Positions 17,841 to 28,000 are shown, counted from the stretch's first letter. The stretch is DNA of 64,000 nucleotides from an uncultured Candidatus Rokubacteria bacterium (GCA_963826115.1 CAWGVS010000005.1:1696001-1760000); one strand, 5' to 3'. Notes: generated by a model from the letters alone, not told the origin. Made by a program: numbers and translations.

Positions 17841-19322
17841 ATGCGCAGCCGGCGTCTCGCGCTCGTCGCCGTCCTGGCGCTCCTCGCGTATCCGGCCGGG
17901 CCCGCTCCCGCGCAGCTCGCGCCGCGGCCCGCCGAGCCCTCCGGCCCCACCCTGCGCATGGGCGCGCTGCTCCCGCTGACCGGCCCCGGCGCCTGGTTCG
18001 GCGCGGAGATCAAGCAAGGGCTCGAGCTCGCCGCGGCGGAGCTCGGCCCGGCACCGCGCCGCCCTCCGCCGGCGGGCGACGGCACGACGCCCGAAGCGGC
18101 CGCTCCCGGAGCCGCGGGTGGGAATCCCGGTGCCGGCGCGACGGCACCACCCGCATCGACGACCGCTCCGGCGAAGCCCGACGCCGGCGTGACGACGCCA
18201 CCGGCCTCGGCGACCGGCCCCGCGGCCGACGCGGCCGCGCCCGCGTCGGCCGCCCCGTCCGGCGACTCCCCGGCCGCCACCACGGAGACCAAGCCGAGCC
18301 CGAAAGCCCCCGCGGCCGAGTCCGTCGAGCCGGCGGATCGGCCCCGCACGGTCGCGCTCGCCGTCCAGGCGCAGGACGTCCAGCCCCTCGACGTCCGGGA
18401 CGCCGAGGCCGAGCTGGCCAAGCTCCTGGGCACGGGCGTCAGCGCCGTGGTCACGGCGTCCCCCACCCCGACGCTTGCGGCCTACCCGCTGGCGTCGGCG
18501 CGGGACGTGCTCGTGCTCCACGCCGGGCTCGCGAACGAGCGGTTCCCGGCCACGAGCCGGACGCTGTTCCAGCTGCGGCCCTCGCCCGGCGCCCGCGCCG
18601 AGCTCCTGGGGGCGTATGCGTGGGAACGCGGACTCCGTCGCCTCGCGGTGCTCACGGGTGGCGATCCCGCCGGTCGCGCGATGCGCGCCGCGGTCGCCGC
18701 CCGGTGGCGGCAGCTGGGCGGCCACCTCACCCACGAGGAGAGCCTGTCGCTGGACGCTTCGGACCTGCGGTCGCGCCTCCGCGCGGTCTCCCGCCTCGGG
18801 CCCGACGCCGTGCTGCTGGGCTTCCAGGGCGTGGCGCTCGGCGAGGCGGCTCGCGCGCTCCGCGACGCCGGGTACGGGGGGCAGATCCTGGCCGCAGACG
18901 ACGACCGGGCCGCGCGCCTGGCCGGGGGCCGCGCGCTCGACGGCGCGCTCCTGCTGAGCGACGCCTTCGTGCCCGTGCCGGGCACGCGCGGGGCTCGATT
19001 CGCCCGGGCCTACGAAGCGAAGCACGGAAGCCCACCCTCTCGCTTCGCGGCCGTCGCGTACGAGACCGCCGTCCTCTTCGTCGACGCCGCCCAGAAGTCG
19101 CTGGGCGGCGGGCGCGGCATGGGCGGCACGCGTCTCCGCGACGTCCTCGTCACCGGGCGGCGCTTCCCCTCGCTCTTCGCGGGCGACGTCACGGTCCGCG
19201 ACGATGGGACCATCGCGCGCCCGCTGGCCCTGTTCCGCGTCGACGGCGACGCCCAGGTCTTCGTGGGGTACGTCGACCTCGACGGCCGTCTCATCGCGGC
19301 CCCCGCGGCGAGCACCCCGTGA
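17841..19322 (+). CDS. LivJ-type periplasmic substrate-binding protein with a ~100-aa Pro/Ala insert
   Basis: Signal peptide, LRMGALLPLTGPGAWFG, LFQLRPS, FARAYEAKHG..PSRFAAVAYE. Confidence 0.8.
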   Translation: MRSRRLALVAVLALLAYPAGPAPAQLAPRPAEPSGPTLRMGALLPLTGPGAWFGAEIKQGLELAAAELGPAPRRPPPAGDGTTPEAAAPGAAGGNPGAGATAPPASTTAPAKPDAGVTTPPASATGPAADAAAPASAAPSGDSPAATTETKPSPKAPAAESVEPADRPRTVALAVQAQDVQPLDVRDAEAELAKLLGTGVSAVVTASPTPTLAAYPLASARDVLVLHAGLANERFPATSRTLFQLRPSPGARAELLGAYAWERGLRRLAVLTGGDPAGRAMRAAVAARWRQLGGHLTHEESLSLDASDLRSRLRAVSRLGPDAVLLGFQGVALGEAARALRDAGYGGQILAADDDRAARLAGGRALDGALLLSDAFVPVPGTRGARFARAYEAKHGSPPSRFAAVAYETAVLFVDAAQKSLGGGRGMGGTRLRDVLVTGRRFPSLFAGDVTVRDDGTIARPLALFRVDGDAQVFVGYVDLDGRLIAAPAASTP

Positions 19323-20491
19323 CGTTCCGCGACGGCGGCCTCGACCTCTCACCGGAGGAGCGGGCGCTGCGGGCCGAGGTGGCGCGGGTCGGCGCCGAGA
19401 CGCTCCGCCCGATCGCCGAGGCGTGGGGCGAGCGCGACGAGCTCAACTGGGAGCTCGCGCGAGCGCTCGGCCGAGAGGGCCTGTTTCCGCGCCTGGTACC
19501 GGCCGCCTACGGAGGCAGCCTCGACGGGCCGTTCCGATCGGTCACGCTGTGCCTGATCCGCGAGGAGCTCGCGCGAACCTGCGCGGCCGCTGAGGAGCTG
19601 TTCGCGATCCAGGGGCTCGGAAGCTATCCGATCCTCCTCGCCGGCACGGAGGCCCAGAGGGAGCGCTGGCTCCCCGCGCTCGCGCGGGGCGAGACGGTGC
19701 CGGCGTTCGCCCTGACCGAGCCCGACGCGGGCTCGGACGCCGCGGCGCTCCAGACGCGCGCCGAGCTCCGCGACGGCCAGTGGGTGCTCGCGGGAGCGAA
19801 GCGGTTCATCTCCAACGCGCCCGAGGCGAGCCTCTACGTGGTGTTCGCCCGCACCGGCTCGGCGCCGGGGCCCACGGGCCTCTCCGCCTTCGTCGTCCCG
19901 AAGGGCGCGCCCGGCCTGTCGGGAACACCCATGCACACGCTCGCGCCCCACGTCATCGGGGAGCTCGTCTTCGACGACTGCCGCATCCCCGCGGACCACC
20001 GCCTCGGGGCCGAGGGCGACGGCTGGCGGATCGCGATGGGCACGCTCGATGTCTTCCGCGCGTCGGTGGGCGCCCAGGCGGTGGGGCTCGGGCAGGCCGC
20101 CCTCGACCTCGCGCTCGCCCACGCCCGGCGCCGGACGCAGTTCGGCCAGCCGATCGCCCAGTTCCAGGCGATCCAGGCGAAGCTCGCCGACATGGCCACC
20201 GAGCTCCGGGCCGCGCGGCTCCTCGTCTACTCGGCGGCGCGCCTCCGGGACTCGGGGGCGGCGCGCGTGACCCTCGAGTCCGCGATGGCCAAGCTGTTCG
20301 CTACCGAGGCCGCCCAGCGCGCGGTCGATCACGCGGTGCAGATCCACGGGGGCGCGGGCCTGCTTCGAGGCTCTCCGATCGAGCGCCTCTACCGGGAGGT
20401 GCGGGCCCCCCGGATCTACGAGGGCACCTCGGAGATCCAGCGCCTCATCATCGCGCGCCAGCTCCTGCGCGAGGACGAGGGCGCCGGCTGA
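19319..20491 (+). CDS. Acyl-CoA dehydrogenase
   Basis: GTGA overlap. Motifs AFALTEPDAGSD, GAKRFISN, QIHGGAG, RIYEGTSEIQRLII. Confidence 0.92.
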   Translation: MTFRDGGLDLSPEERALRAEVARVGAETLRPIAEAWGERDELNWELARALGREGLFPRLVPAAYGGSLDGPFRSVTLCLIREELARTCAAAEELFAIQGLGSYPILLAGTEAQRERWLPALARGETVPAFALTEPDAGSDAAALQTRAELRDGQWVLAGAKRFISNAPEASLYVVFARTGSAPGPTGLSAFVVPKGAPGLSGTPMHTLAPHVIGELVFDDCRIPADHRLGAEGDGWRIAMGTLDVFRASVGAQAVGLGQAALDLALAHARRRTQFGQPIAQFQAIQAKLADMATELRAARLLVYSAARLRDSGAARVTLESAMAKLFATEAAQRAVDHAVQIHGGAGLLRGSPIERLYREVRAPRIYEGTSEIQRLIIARQLLREDEGAG

Positions 20492-20494
20492 CCG

Positions 20495-20995
20495 TCAGCG
20501 CCGCGCCGCGGCCGGGATCGGGGGCAGGACGAGCATCCGGTCCTCGACGCGCCCGTCCGGATGGTACCGGAGCAGCTCCTGGCGGACGATCCGCACCGCG
20601 ATGTCGCGGAGATCCGGGTACTCAACCTCGCCGCGCACCTCCACCGTCGGCGCCGATCGACCCGTCAGGGGCATCTCGGCCAGCGTGGTGATCACCGTGC
20701 CCCTGAGGCGCGGCTCTCGCATGAGCGCGTCGGCGATCTGCCCTTCGATCACGATCGCCTGAGCGCGACGCTTCCGGCGGAGATCGATCGCCGCGACCGC
20801 CACGATGAGCGCGCCCAGGATCGCCAGCCCGACGATGATCGCCGGGACCGCGAGGCCCCCGCCGTCGGCCGCGGGGAACGGCGTCGCTCCAGGACCTGGC
20901 GTCGGCAGCCCCTGCGCGAGCGCGGCCGCCCGGGTCGCCATCTCGACGATCCCGACGGACGCGAGCGTCGACAGGAATCCGAATCGTCGATTCAT
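20495..20995 (-). CDS. Membrane protein with a C-terminal BON-like domain
   Basis: SD AAGGAGG, N-terminal RR leader, one TM helix, and QIADALMREPRL..VEVRGEV..VEDRM pattern. Confidence 0.65.
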   Translation of the reverse strand: MNRRFGFLSTLASVGIVEMATRAAALAQGLPTPGPGATPFPAADGGGLAVPAIIVGLAILGALIVAVAAIDLRRKRRAQAIVIEGQIADALMREPRLRGTVITTLAEMPLTGRSAPTVEVRGEVEYPDLRDIAVRIVRQELLRYHPDGRVEDRMLVLPPIPAAARR

Positions 20996-21053
20996 CGCCG
21001 GCCTCCTTCGCGGGCCCGCCCCGGCTCGCGGGTGCCGTGCCCGCCACCTCTCT

Positions 21054-21112
21054 TCCGGTCGGGGCTCTCCGGGCCTCCGCTTCGCACGGGCGGCCCGGAG
21101 AGCGCGATCGGA
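21054..21112. terminator. Intergenic stem-loop (terminator or mRNA-stabilising hairpin)
   Basis: Perfect 12-bp inverted repeat GCTCTCCGGGCC (21064-21075) / GGCCCGGAGAGC (21092-21103), extendable outward. No clear U-tract. Confidence 0.55.
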
Positions 21113-21119
21113 GTTGTCC

Positions 21120-21428
21120 CTAGGACTTGACCTCGAGCTTCCGAACGGTCTTCGTCTGGCCGGACTCGACGTACGCGATCATCACCGTCGAGCCGGGTTT
21201 GAGCGTCGTCCACTCGACCGCGACCCCCGGGGGCACGGTGAGCGTGGTGCCATCTTCCAGCGTGACCTGCTTCTTCGCCTGATCGACGGCCTTCACCTTG
21301 CCCTCCATCATCTTCTCGGGCATGGCGGGGGCCGCGGGGGCTTGCGCGGGGGCCTGCTGGGCGGAAACGACACCGACCCAGCCGACGAGCGCAACGATCA
21401 GCAGCGCGGACATCCAGCGGAGCTTCAT
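21120..21428 (-). CDS. Small secreted OB-fold protein (DUF1344-like)
   Basis: SD AGGAGG, signal peptide, EGKVKAVD..KQVTLEDG..LKPGSTVMIAY. Confidence 0.8.
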   Translation of the reverse strand: MKLRWMSALLIVALVGWVGVVSAQQAPAQAPAAPAMPEKMMEGKVKAVDQAKKQVTLEDGTTLTVPPGVAVEWTTLKPGSTVMIAYVESGQTKTVRKLEVKS

Positions 21429-21517
21429 GTACGAACCTCCTGTGCGACAACGAGTCGCCTTTGCACCTGGCTGACGCAGTCGACGTCAGCGCGACGCAAA
21501 CGGCCGATGAGTGGAGG

Positions 21518-21533
21518 AGCAACGTCAGTGCCA
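21518..21533 (-). promoter_or_regulatory. Sigma-54 (-24/-12) promoter
   Basis: Minus strand reads TGGCAC-TGACG-TTGCT, an exact TGGCAC-N5-TTGC match, ~90 bp upstream of the ATG at 21428. Confidence 0.7.
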
Positions 21534-21721
21534 TGCGCGCGAGTGCGGAGGAAGTCCGCTATCGGCGCCGCGGGTGTCGCGTCTCGTGACAGGATCGCGG
21601 CCCGGAATGCCCGACCGGCTCGCTCGCGGAGAGGCGAATCGCGCCACGCCGCAGGAATGCGCGTGAAATAACTACAACGAGCGTAGAAGCTACCGGGGCG
21701 CGCGAGGACGGAGCTGCGGGA

Positions 21722-22678
21722 CTACGGTCGGGAGGCGGGCGAGAGCGCCATCCCGTGCGGACCCTTGCCGACGGCGATCCGCTTGATCTCCCGGTGGTCC
21801 CCGAGCCCGATCACCGTCACGACGTTGGCGTGGCGGTTCGACACGTAGGCCTTCGTCCCGTCGTGGGCCATCACCACCAGGTCCGGGTAGCCCGGCTGGG
21901 GGATCTCGGTGACGACCTCGAGGTCCTCGGTGCGCAGCACCGCGATCCGATTCGCCTTGCGGAGCGTCACGTAGAGGAACCGCCCGTCGGGCGTGAGCAC
22001 GGCGTCGTGGTTGACGCCCTTCACCTTCCCGGTGGCGACGATCTTGTGGGTGCGCGCGTCGATCTTCGAGACGGTGCGGTCCTCGCCGTTCGCCGCGTAC
22101 ACGTACTGGCCGTCGGCCGAGAGCGCGAGCCCCATGGCGTCTCCGCTCGACGGCAGCACCTCGAGGATCTTGCGCTGCGGCACGTCGACGACGGTGACGT
22201 TCCCGGCCGTCTCGCTGGTCACCCAGAAGAGCTTCCCGTCCTTCGAGAAGATCCCGTGAGCGGGCCACGTGCTGACCTCGATCTCGCCGTCGAGCGCACC
22301 CTTCTGGATGTCGTAGATGAGGAGCTTGGACACGTCGCCCCAGTCGAGCACCCAGCAGTACCGGCCGTCGGGGGTGAACGTGAGGTTGTACGGCCACTCC
22401 CCGATCTTCACCTTCCGGAGGACCTTGCGCGCCGCGACGTCGACGATGCTGATCACCCGGCTCTTGTCGTGGATCGCCCAGGCCTGCGCCCCGTCGGGCG
22501 TCAGGACGAGCCGGTTCGGCACGCCACCCCCGAGGGGAATCGTCGCCACGACCTCGTTCTTCACCGTGTCGATGACGGAGACGGTGCCGGAGTGCGTGTT
22601 GGAGACGTACAGCTCGTCCGCGCGCGCGTCGACGGTCCACGCGGCCAGCGCGAGCAGGGCGGCCACGGCGACTCGCAT
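21722..22678 (-). CDS. YncE/YVTN beta-propeller secreted protein
   Basis: Signal peptide, repeats LYVSNTHSGTVSVID, TPDGRFLYVT, VGKGPHGM. Extended -10 TGcTATACT upstream. Confidence 0.88.
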   Translation of the reverse strand: MRVAVAALLALAAWTVDARADELYVSNTHSGTVSVIDTVKNEVVATIPLGGGVPNRLVLTPDGAQAWAIHDKSRVISIVDVAARKVLRKVKIGEWPYNLTFTPDGRYCWVLDWGDVSKLLIYDIQKGALDGEIEVSTWPAHGIFSKDGKLFWVTSETAGNVTVVDVPQRKILEVLPSSGDAMGLALSADGQYVYAANGEDRTVSKIDARTHKIVATGKVKGVNHDAVLTPDGRFLYVTLRKANRIAVLRTEDLEVVTEIPQPGYPDLVVMAHDGTKAYVSNRHANVVTVIGLGDHREIKRIAVGKGPHGMALSPASRP

Positions 22679-22766
22679 CACGGGGCGCTCGCTCCTCGGT
22701 GAAATGGGCTTCGTGCGAGGGCGAGTATAGCATTCGGGCCCCCGCGACCCCGCACCCGGCGGAGCG

Positions 22767-23375
22767 CTAGGGAACCAGGACGTCTTCCCCCCAGCCGCCT
22801 GCCCCGCGGACGAACAGCCGGCGGTCGTGGAGCCGGTCCGGGGAGCCCCGCCACTGCTCGATCCGCTCGGGGACGACGTACACGCCCCGGAGAAACTCAG
22901 GCCGGGGCACCGCCTCGGGAGTCGGGTAGCGCTGGCGCAGGGCGTCGATCCCCTCCAGGAACCGCGCCCGCGATCCGACCGGGGTCGACTGGCCCGCATA
23001 GGTTGCGTAGTAAACGTCCAGGAGGCGCGACGCGTGGACCTTCTGGTTCCAGTAGGTGTCGACGAGGGCCTCGGGCATGGGCTGGATGGCCCCGCGCACG
23101 CGATACTGGCGGCGGATCGTCAGCCACAGCAGGAGGATCTCGGCGTGCCCGGAGGCAAGCGGCTCCCACTTCGGGCTGGTCTGGCTGATCAGGAGCCCGA
23201 TCCCCTGAGGCCCGACGTCGCGGAGAACGATCGGGCGCACGCCCGGGGCGCGGGCGTCGCGTCCGGGACCGGAGGTCCCAAGGACGCAGAGGTCCACCAT
23301 CGGGTCGCCGGCCGCCCGGGCACGCTCCCGATCCTCGACCACGAGCGCGACGGGATCGACGGGCGGGGCGGTCAC
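22767..23375 (-). CDS. Pyridoxamine 5'-phosphate oxidase (PdxH)-like FMN-binding protein
   Basis: Motifs R.IVLR, SPK, RQYRVRG, PERIEQWRG..DRLHDR. GTG start lies 8 nt after TACAAT. Confidence 0.75.
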   Translation of the reverse strand: MTAPPVDPVALVVEDRERARAAGDPMVDLCVLGTSGPGRDARAPGVRPIVLRDVGPQGIGLLISQTSPKWEPLASGHAEILLLWLTIRRQYRVRGAIQPMPEALVDTYWNQKVHASRLLDVYYATYAGQSTPVGSRARFLEGIDALRQRYPTPEAVPRPEFLRGVYVVPERIEQWRGSPDRLHDRRLFVRGAGGWGEDVLVP

Positions 23376-23472
23376 GAGTCGGCATTGTATCAGCACGGCC
23401 CCCGCGCGGGCCCCCGAGGCCACGAAGTGGCGGAGGCTTCCACGTTCTGATAGGGTCTCGGACGAGAAGCAT

Positions 23473-24648
23473 GTGAGGACGCTCGCCGAGTCGAACGCGC
23501 CCCCGGACGTGCCGCGAGGCTGGCTCCGCCGCGCCCGCCGGCTGTGCTTCTCGGCGCTCGGCCTCGCCGGATGCGTCGGGCTCTGGGCCCAGCCGGCGCC
23601 CTCTGCCGACCTCTCGACGATCAAGCTTCCGCCCGGCTTCGCGATCGACTTCTTCGCGCGCGACCTGGGGTTCGCGCGATTCCTCACGCTCGACCCACGC
23701 GGCACCCTCCTCGTCTCCGTGCCCCGCGCGGGCCGCGTGATCGCCCTCCCCGACGACAACCGGGACGGCAAGGCGGACGGCGTCGTCAACGTCGTGGAGG
23801 GCCTGGAGCTCCCGCACGGGCTCGCGTTCCTGAACGGCCAGCTCTACGTGGCCGAGACCGGGCGGGTCGTCCGGTTCGACTACGACCCGGCCACGCGACG
23901 CGTCAGCGGACCGCCCACAGTGGTCGTGCCGGACCTTCCGGCCCGGGGCACCCACTGGACGCGAACCATCACCGTGGGCCCCGACCGCCGCCTCTACGTC
24001 TCGGTGGGGTCCACCTGCAACAGCTGCGAGGAGAAGGATCCCCGCCGCGCCGCCATCTACGGCTACGAAATCGACGGCCGCGGCGGCGCGCCGTTCGGCA
24101 CCGGGCTCCGGAACGCGGTCGGGATCGCCTTCCGCCCCGGCACGTCCGAGCTCTGGGCGACCGTCAACGGCCGCGACTGGCTCGGCGACGACCAGCCGGG
24201 CGAGTACGTCACGCGGGTGGAGGAGGGCGGCTTCTACGGCTGGCCGTACTGCCACTGGGCGCCTTCCGGTCTCGTGCCAGACCCCGAGCTAGGGCGAGGC
24301 GACCGGTGCAAGAATGCGCGCCGGCCGAGCCTCCTCTACCAGGCGCACACGGCGCCCCTCGGCCTCGCGTTCTACACCGGAGCCCAGTTCCCCGCCGAGT
24401 ACCGCGGCGATCTCCTCGTGGCGCTCCACGGCTCCTGGAACCGCTCGGTGCCCGTGGGCTACAAGGTCATCCGGGTGCGGCTGGGCGGTGGCGCCGCGCC
24501 GGTCGCGGAGGACTTTGCGGCCGGCTGGCTCGTGGGCGGGCGAGCCTGGGGTCGGCCCGTGGACCTCGCCGTGGCGCCCGATGGGGCGCTGTTCCTGTCG
24601 GACGACTACCTGGGCGCGGTGTACCGGATCACCTACCGGAGCCGCTGA
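23473..24648 (+). CDS. Glucose/sorbosone dehydrogenase family beta-propeller
   Basis: Motifs PHGLAF, HWTRTI, GSTCNSCEE, GLRNAVG, FYGWPYC, AHTAPLG, HGSWNR, GRPVD. Confidence 0.88.
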   Translation: MRTLAESNAPPDVPRGWLRRARRLCFSALGLAGCVGLWAQPAPSADLSTIKLPPGFAIDFFARDLGFARFLTLDPRGTLLVSVPRAGRVIALPDDNRDGKADGVVNVVEGLELPHGLAFLNGQLYVAETGRVVRFDYDPATRRVSGPPTVVVPDLPARGTHWTRTITVGPDRRLYVSVGSTCNSCEEKDPRRAAIYGYEIDGRGGAPFGTGLRNAVGIAFRPGTSELWATVNGRDWLGDDQPGEYVTRVEEGGFYGWPYCHWAPSGLVPDPELGRGDRCKNARRPSLLYQAHTAPLGLAFYTGAQFPAEYRGDLLVALHGSWNRSVPVGYKVIRVRLGGGAAPVAEDFAAGWLVGGRAWGRPVDLAVAPDGALFLSDDYLGAVYRITYRSR

Positions 24649-24787
24649 TCACGCGTAAGCTCGACACGGTAAGGGCTACACGCCGGCCGCCGCGGACGCT
24701 TGCCGGCATGGCCTTCGCCGTCGGAAGAGACGCCAGCCCCGCGCGGCTCGCGCGAACGGCCCCAGACCCGGGAGCGCGGCACGCCGG

Positions 24788-27172
24788 TTGCTCCCAGACG
24801 TCACCATCGTGTTCCGGAATCGGCTCTCGGTGCGCCTCCCCGCTCGCCTGACCGCGCTCTGGGCCGCCGCTCGGCGGCGGCGAGGGCTGCTGGTGGCCGG
24901 CGCGATCCTGGTCCTCCTGGGCCCGCCGGTCGCCTTCGGCATCTGGACCTGGCGGACCGCGGCGGCCGTCGACCTCTCCCGCCTGGAGGACGCCGCTCTC
25001 ATCTACGCGGCCGGCCAGGTCCTCGTGCCAGGCGTCTCGATCGAGGCCGCGGATCTGCCGGGCGCCCTCCGGCGTCTCGGCTATCGCGAGACCTCGGCGA
25101 CGCCCTCGGCGCCCGGACAGTTCCACCGCGAGAGCGCCCTCTGGGAGGTCTACCTCCGGCCTCGGGACGATCCTGCGGCCACGCGGCCCGCCCTGCCCGT
25201 CCGTCTCCTCGTCGACGGGGGACGGATCCGCCAGCTCATCACGGTCGGTGGCGAGCCGCTCGACGAGGTCGAGCTCGAGCCCGAGACCCTCACCGGCCTC
25301 GGCGGGGCGGCGAACCAGCTCCGCCATCCCATCACGCTCTCGGCGGCGCCGAAGCATCTCGTCCAGGCCGTGCTGGCCGCCGAGGACCACCGCTTCTTCG
25401 AGCACCGCGGGGTGGACGCGCGGGCCGTGGCCCGCGCGGTCTGGGTGAACCTGCGCCGCGGCGGGCTGGCGCAGGGCGGCAGCACGCTGACCCAGCAGCT
25501 GATCAAGAACCTCGTCCTGACGCCGAAGCGCACGTGGGGGCGGAAGGTGCAGGAGGCGGCGCTCGCCCTCGCGATCGAGCGTCGCTACTCCAAGGACGAG
25601 ATCCTCGCCGCGTACCTGAACGGCATCTACCTCGGCCAGCACGGCGGCTATGCCGTGTACGGCATCGGCGCGGCGTCGCGGAGCTTCTTCGGCAAGGACG
25701 TCGAGCGGCTCACGCTCGGCGAGGCCGCGACCCTGGCGGGGATCATCCGCGCGCCGAACACCTACTCCCCCGTCCAGCATGCCGATCGCGCCCGGGAGCG
25801 ACGGAACACGGTCCTGCGCCGGATGCGCGAGCTCGAGATGATCGACGACAAGAAACTCGCCCAGACCGCCCAGGAGCGCCTGGTCGTCCAGCGCGGGACG
25901 GCCATCAGCGCGCTGGGCCCGTACTTCGCGGACTGGGTGCGAGGACAGGTCGAGCAGACCCAGCCGGCCGACGAGTCGTCGACGGCGGGTCTCCGGATCT
26001 ACACGACGCTGAGCCCCGTCCTCCAGCGCGCCGCGGAGGCCGCGCTCGCGCGCGGGCTCGATCGCCTGGAGGGCCAGTACAAGGCGCTCCGCCGCACGGA
26101 CCCGACGGGGCGGCTCCAGGGCGCGATCGTGGCGCTCGACGCCCGCACGGGCGAGATCCGCGCCATGGTCGGCGGGCGCGACTACGGCCAGAGCCAGTTC
26201 AACCGCGTCGTCCAGGCGCGCCGGCAGCCCGGCTCGGCCTTCAAGCCGTTCGTCTACCTGGCAGCCCTCGGCCTGGGGCCGCGCGGCGAGCCCCCGAACT
26301 TCACGCCGGCGTCGCTGCTCGAGGACCGGCCGCTCACGATCGGCACCGGCAAGAACGCGTGGACGCCGCGCAACTACGACAACCGGTACGAGGGCACGGT
26401 CACGGTGCGGCGGGCCCTCGAGCAGTCGCTCAACGCCGCCACGGTGTGGATGGCCGACACCGTGGGCTACGACGCCGTGGTCCGCACCGCGCGGGAGGCC
26501 GGGTTCACGAGCCCGATGGACCCGGTGCCGGCGCTCGTCCTCGGCAGCTTCGAGGTCACCCCGATCGAGCTGGCCTCGGCCTTCGCGGCGCTCGCGAGCC
26601 CCGGCGACCGCGTCCAGCCGACGGGCCTCCGCGCCGTGGTGGACCGCGAGGGTGGCGTCAGCGAGCCGCGGCTCGAGCGGAAGTCCGGTCTCCGGGCGGA
26701 CGAGGCGTTCCTGATCACGCACCTGCTCGAGGGCGTGATCGACCGTGGCACCGGCGCCTCGGCACGCGCCCTCGGCATCGAGGGCCCCGTCGCCGGGAAG
26801 ACCGGGACCACCAACGAGGGACGCGACACGTGGTTCGTCGGCTACACGCCGCGCCTGGTCGCGCTGGTGTGGGTCGGGTTCGACCAGCGGGACGTCCTCC
26901 GGCTGTCGGGCGCGCAGGCGGCCCTGCCGATCTGGGCCGACTTCATGCGCACCGCGCTCGGCGTCGTGCCGGCGCCCGCGCCGTCGCCGCCGCCCTCCAT
27001 CACCTTCCGTGACGTCGACGCCACCAACGGCAAGCTCGCCACCTCCTGGTGCCCGCTGGTGATCCACGAGGCGTTCCTCGCCTCCACCGAGCCCCGCGAG
27101 TCCTGCCCGGACCACGGGCCGGCTGCCGCGGTTCGCTCCTTCTTCCGGCGCCTCTTCGAGTCCGGCCGCTAG
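24788..27172 (+). CDS. Class A penicillin-binding protein (PBP1b-like, with UB2H-like region)
   Basis: Transglycosylase motifs EDHRFFEHRG, GGSTLTQQL, RKVQE. Transpeptidase motifs SAFK, SLN, KTGT. Confidence 0.92.
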   Translation: MLPDVTIVFRNRLSVRLPARLTALWAAARRRRGLLVAGAILVLLGPPVAFGIWTWRTAAAVDLSRLEDAALIYAAGQVLVPGVSIEAADLPGALRRLGYRETSATPSAPGQFHRESALWEVYLRPRDDPAATRPALPVRLLVDGGRIRQLITVGGEPLDEVELEPETLTGLGGAANQLRHPITLSAAPKHLVQAVLAAEDHRFFEHRGVDARAVARAVWVNLRRGGLAQGGSTLTQQLIKNLVLTPKRTWGRKVQEAALALAIERRYSKDEILAAYLNGIYLGQHGGYAVYGIGAASRSFFGKDVERLTLGEAATLAGIIRAPNTYSPVQHADRARERRNTVLRRMRELEMIDDKKLAQTAQERLVVQRGTAISALGPYFADWVRGQVEQTQPADESSTAGLRIYTTLSPVLQRAAEAALARGLDRLEGQYKALRRTDPTGRLQGAIVALDARTGEIRAMVGGRDYGQSQFNRVVQARRQPGSAFKPFVYLAALGLGPRGEPPNFTPASLLEDRPLTIGTGKNAWTPRNYDNRYEGTVTVRRALEQSLNAATVWMADTVGYDAVVRTAREAGFTSPMDPVPALVLGSFEVTPIELASAFAALASPGDRVQPTGLRAVVDREGGVSEPRLERKSGLRADEAFLITHLLEGVIDRGTGASARALGIEGPVAGKTGTTNEGRDTWFVGYTPRLVALVWVGFDQRDVLRLSGAQAALPIWADFMRTALGVVPAPAPSPPPSITFRDVDATNGKLATSWCPLVIHEAFLASTEPRESCPDHGPAAAVRSFFRRLFESGR

Positions 27173-27247
27173 CGTCGCGCCGCCGGAGCGGACGGGGCGG
27201 CCCGGATTGCCACCGCCGCGCCATCCCCGGTACGATACCGGTGCGGC

Positions 27248-28000
27248 ATGCGGCTCACCGGGAAGGTCGTACTGATCACCAACGTCGGCCAGTACATGGG
27301 TCCGGCGTGCGCCGAGGAGTTCGCCAAGGAGGGCGCGACCCTCGCGCTCCACGAGCGGACCGAGGCTCGCGCACAGGCCGCCCTCGACCTCGCCCGCGCC
27401 TACGGCCGCGAGGCGACCGTGGTGACCGGCGACCTCACGGTGTCCGGGGAGGCCAACCGCGTCGTGCGCGCGGTGGCCGAGCGCCACGGGCGGCTCGACG
27501 TCCTCGTCAACAACTCGAGTCACCTGCCGGTCGGCGGCCCGGTCGACGAGGTCTCCGACGAGACCTGGCGATCAATGGCCGCCCACCTGTACGACGAGCC
27601 CTTCTTCTGCCTGCGCGCCGCGATCCGCGTCATGAAGCGCCAGGGTCACGGGAAGGTCGTGAACATCACCTCGGCCGTCGCCATCCCGGGGCTGCCGAAC
27701 TACGCGGCCTATTCGGCGGCCCGGGCGGGCGCGAACGGGCTCACGCGCGCGGTGGGGCGCGAGGTCGCGCGCCACAACATCCAGGTCAACGCGGTGGCCC
27801 AGAACTTCGTCGAGAACCCCACCTATTTCGGCCCGGAGGTGACGGACCACCCGGAGAAGCTCGCGCGCGTCGTCCGGAACGTTCCCGCGGGACGTCTCGC
27901 GCGCTCCGAGGAGTCGGCGAAGCTGTGCGTGTTCCTCGCGTCCGACGAGGCGGACTTCTTCTGCGGCCAGGTGATCCCGTTCGCCGGCGGCTGGATCTGA
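27248..28000 (+). CDS. Halohydrin dehalogenase (SDR-related, HheD-like)
   Basis: T-x4-Y-x-G (TNVGQYMG) replaces the SDR TGxxxGxG motif. Catalytic S-x12-Y-x3-R (SAVAIPGLPNYAAYSAAR). NAVAQNFVENPTYF loop. Confidence 0.85.
   Translation: MRLTGKVVLITNVGQYMGPACAEEFAKEGATLALHERTEARAQAALDLARAYGREATVVTGDLTVSGEANRVVRAVAERHGRLDVLVNNSSHLPVGGPVDEVSDETWRSMAAHLYDEPFFCLRAAIRVMKRQGHGKVVNITSAVAIPGLPNYAAYSAARAGANGLTRAVGREVARHNIQVNAVAQNFVENPTYFGPEVTDHPEKLARVVRNVPAGRLARSEESAKLCVFLASDEADFFCGQVIPFAGGWI

Noticed and set aside
27248-28000. Annotation as an ordinary FabG-like SDR
   Set aside because: It lacks the Gly-rich NAD(P)-binding motif and the catalytic Lys; the motifs match halohydrin dehalogenases instead.
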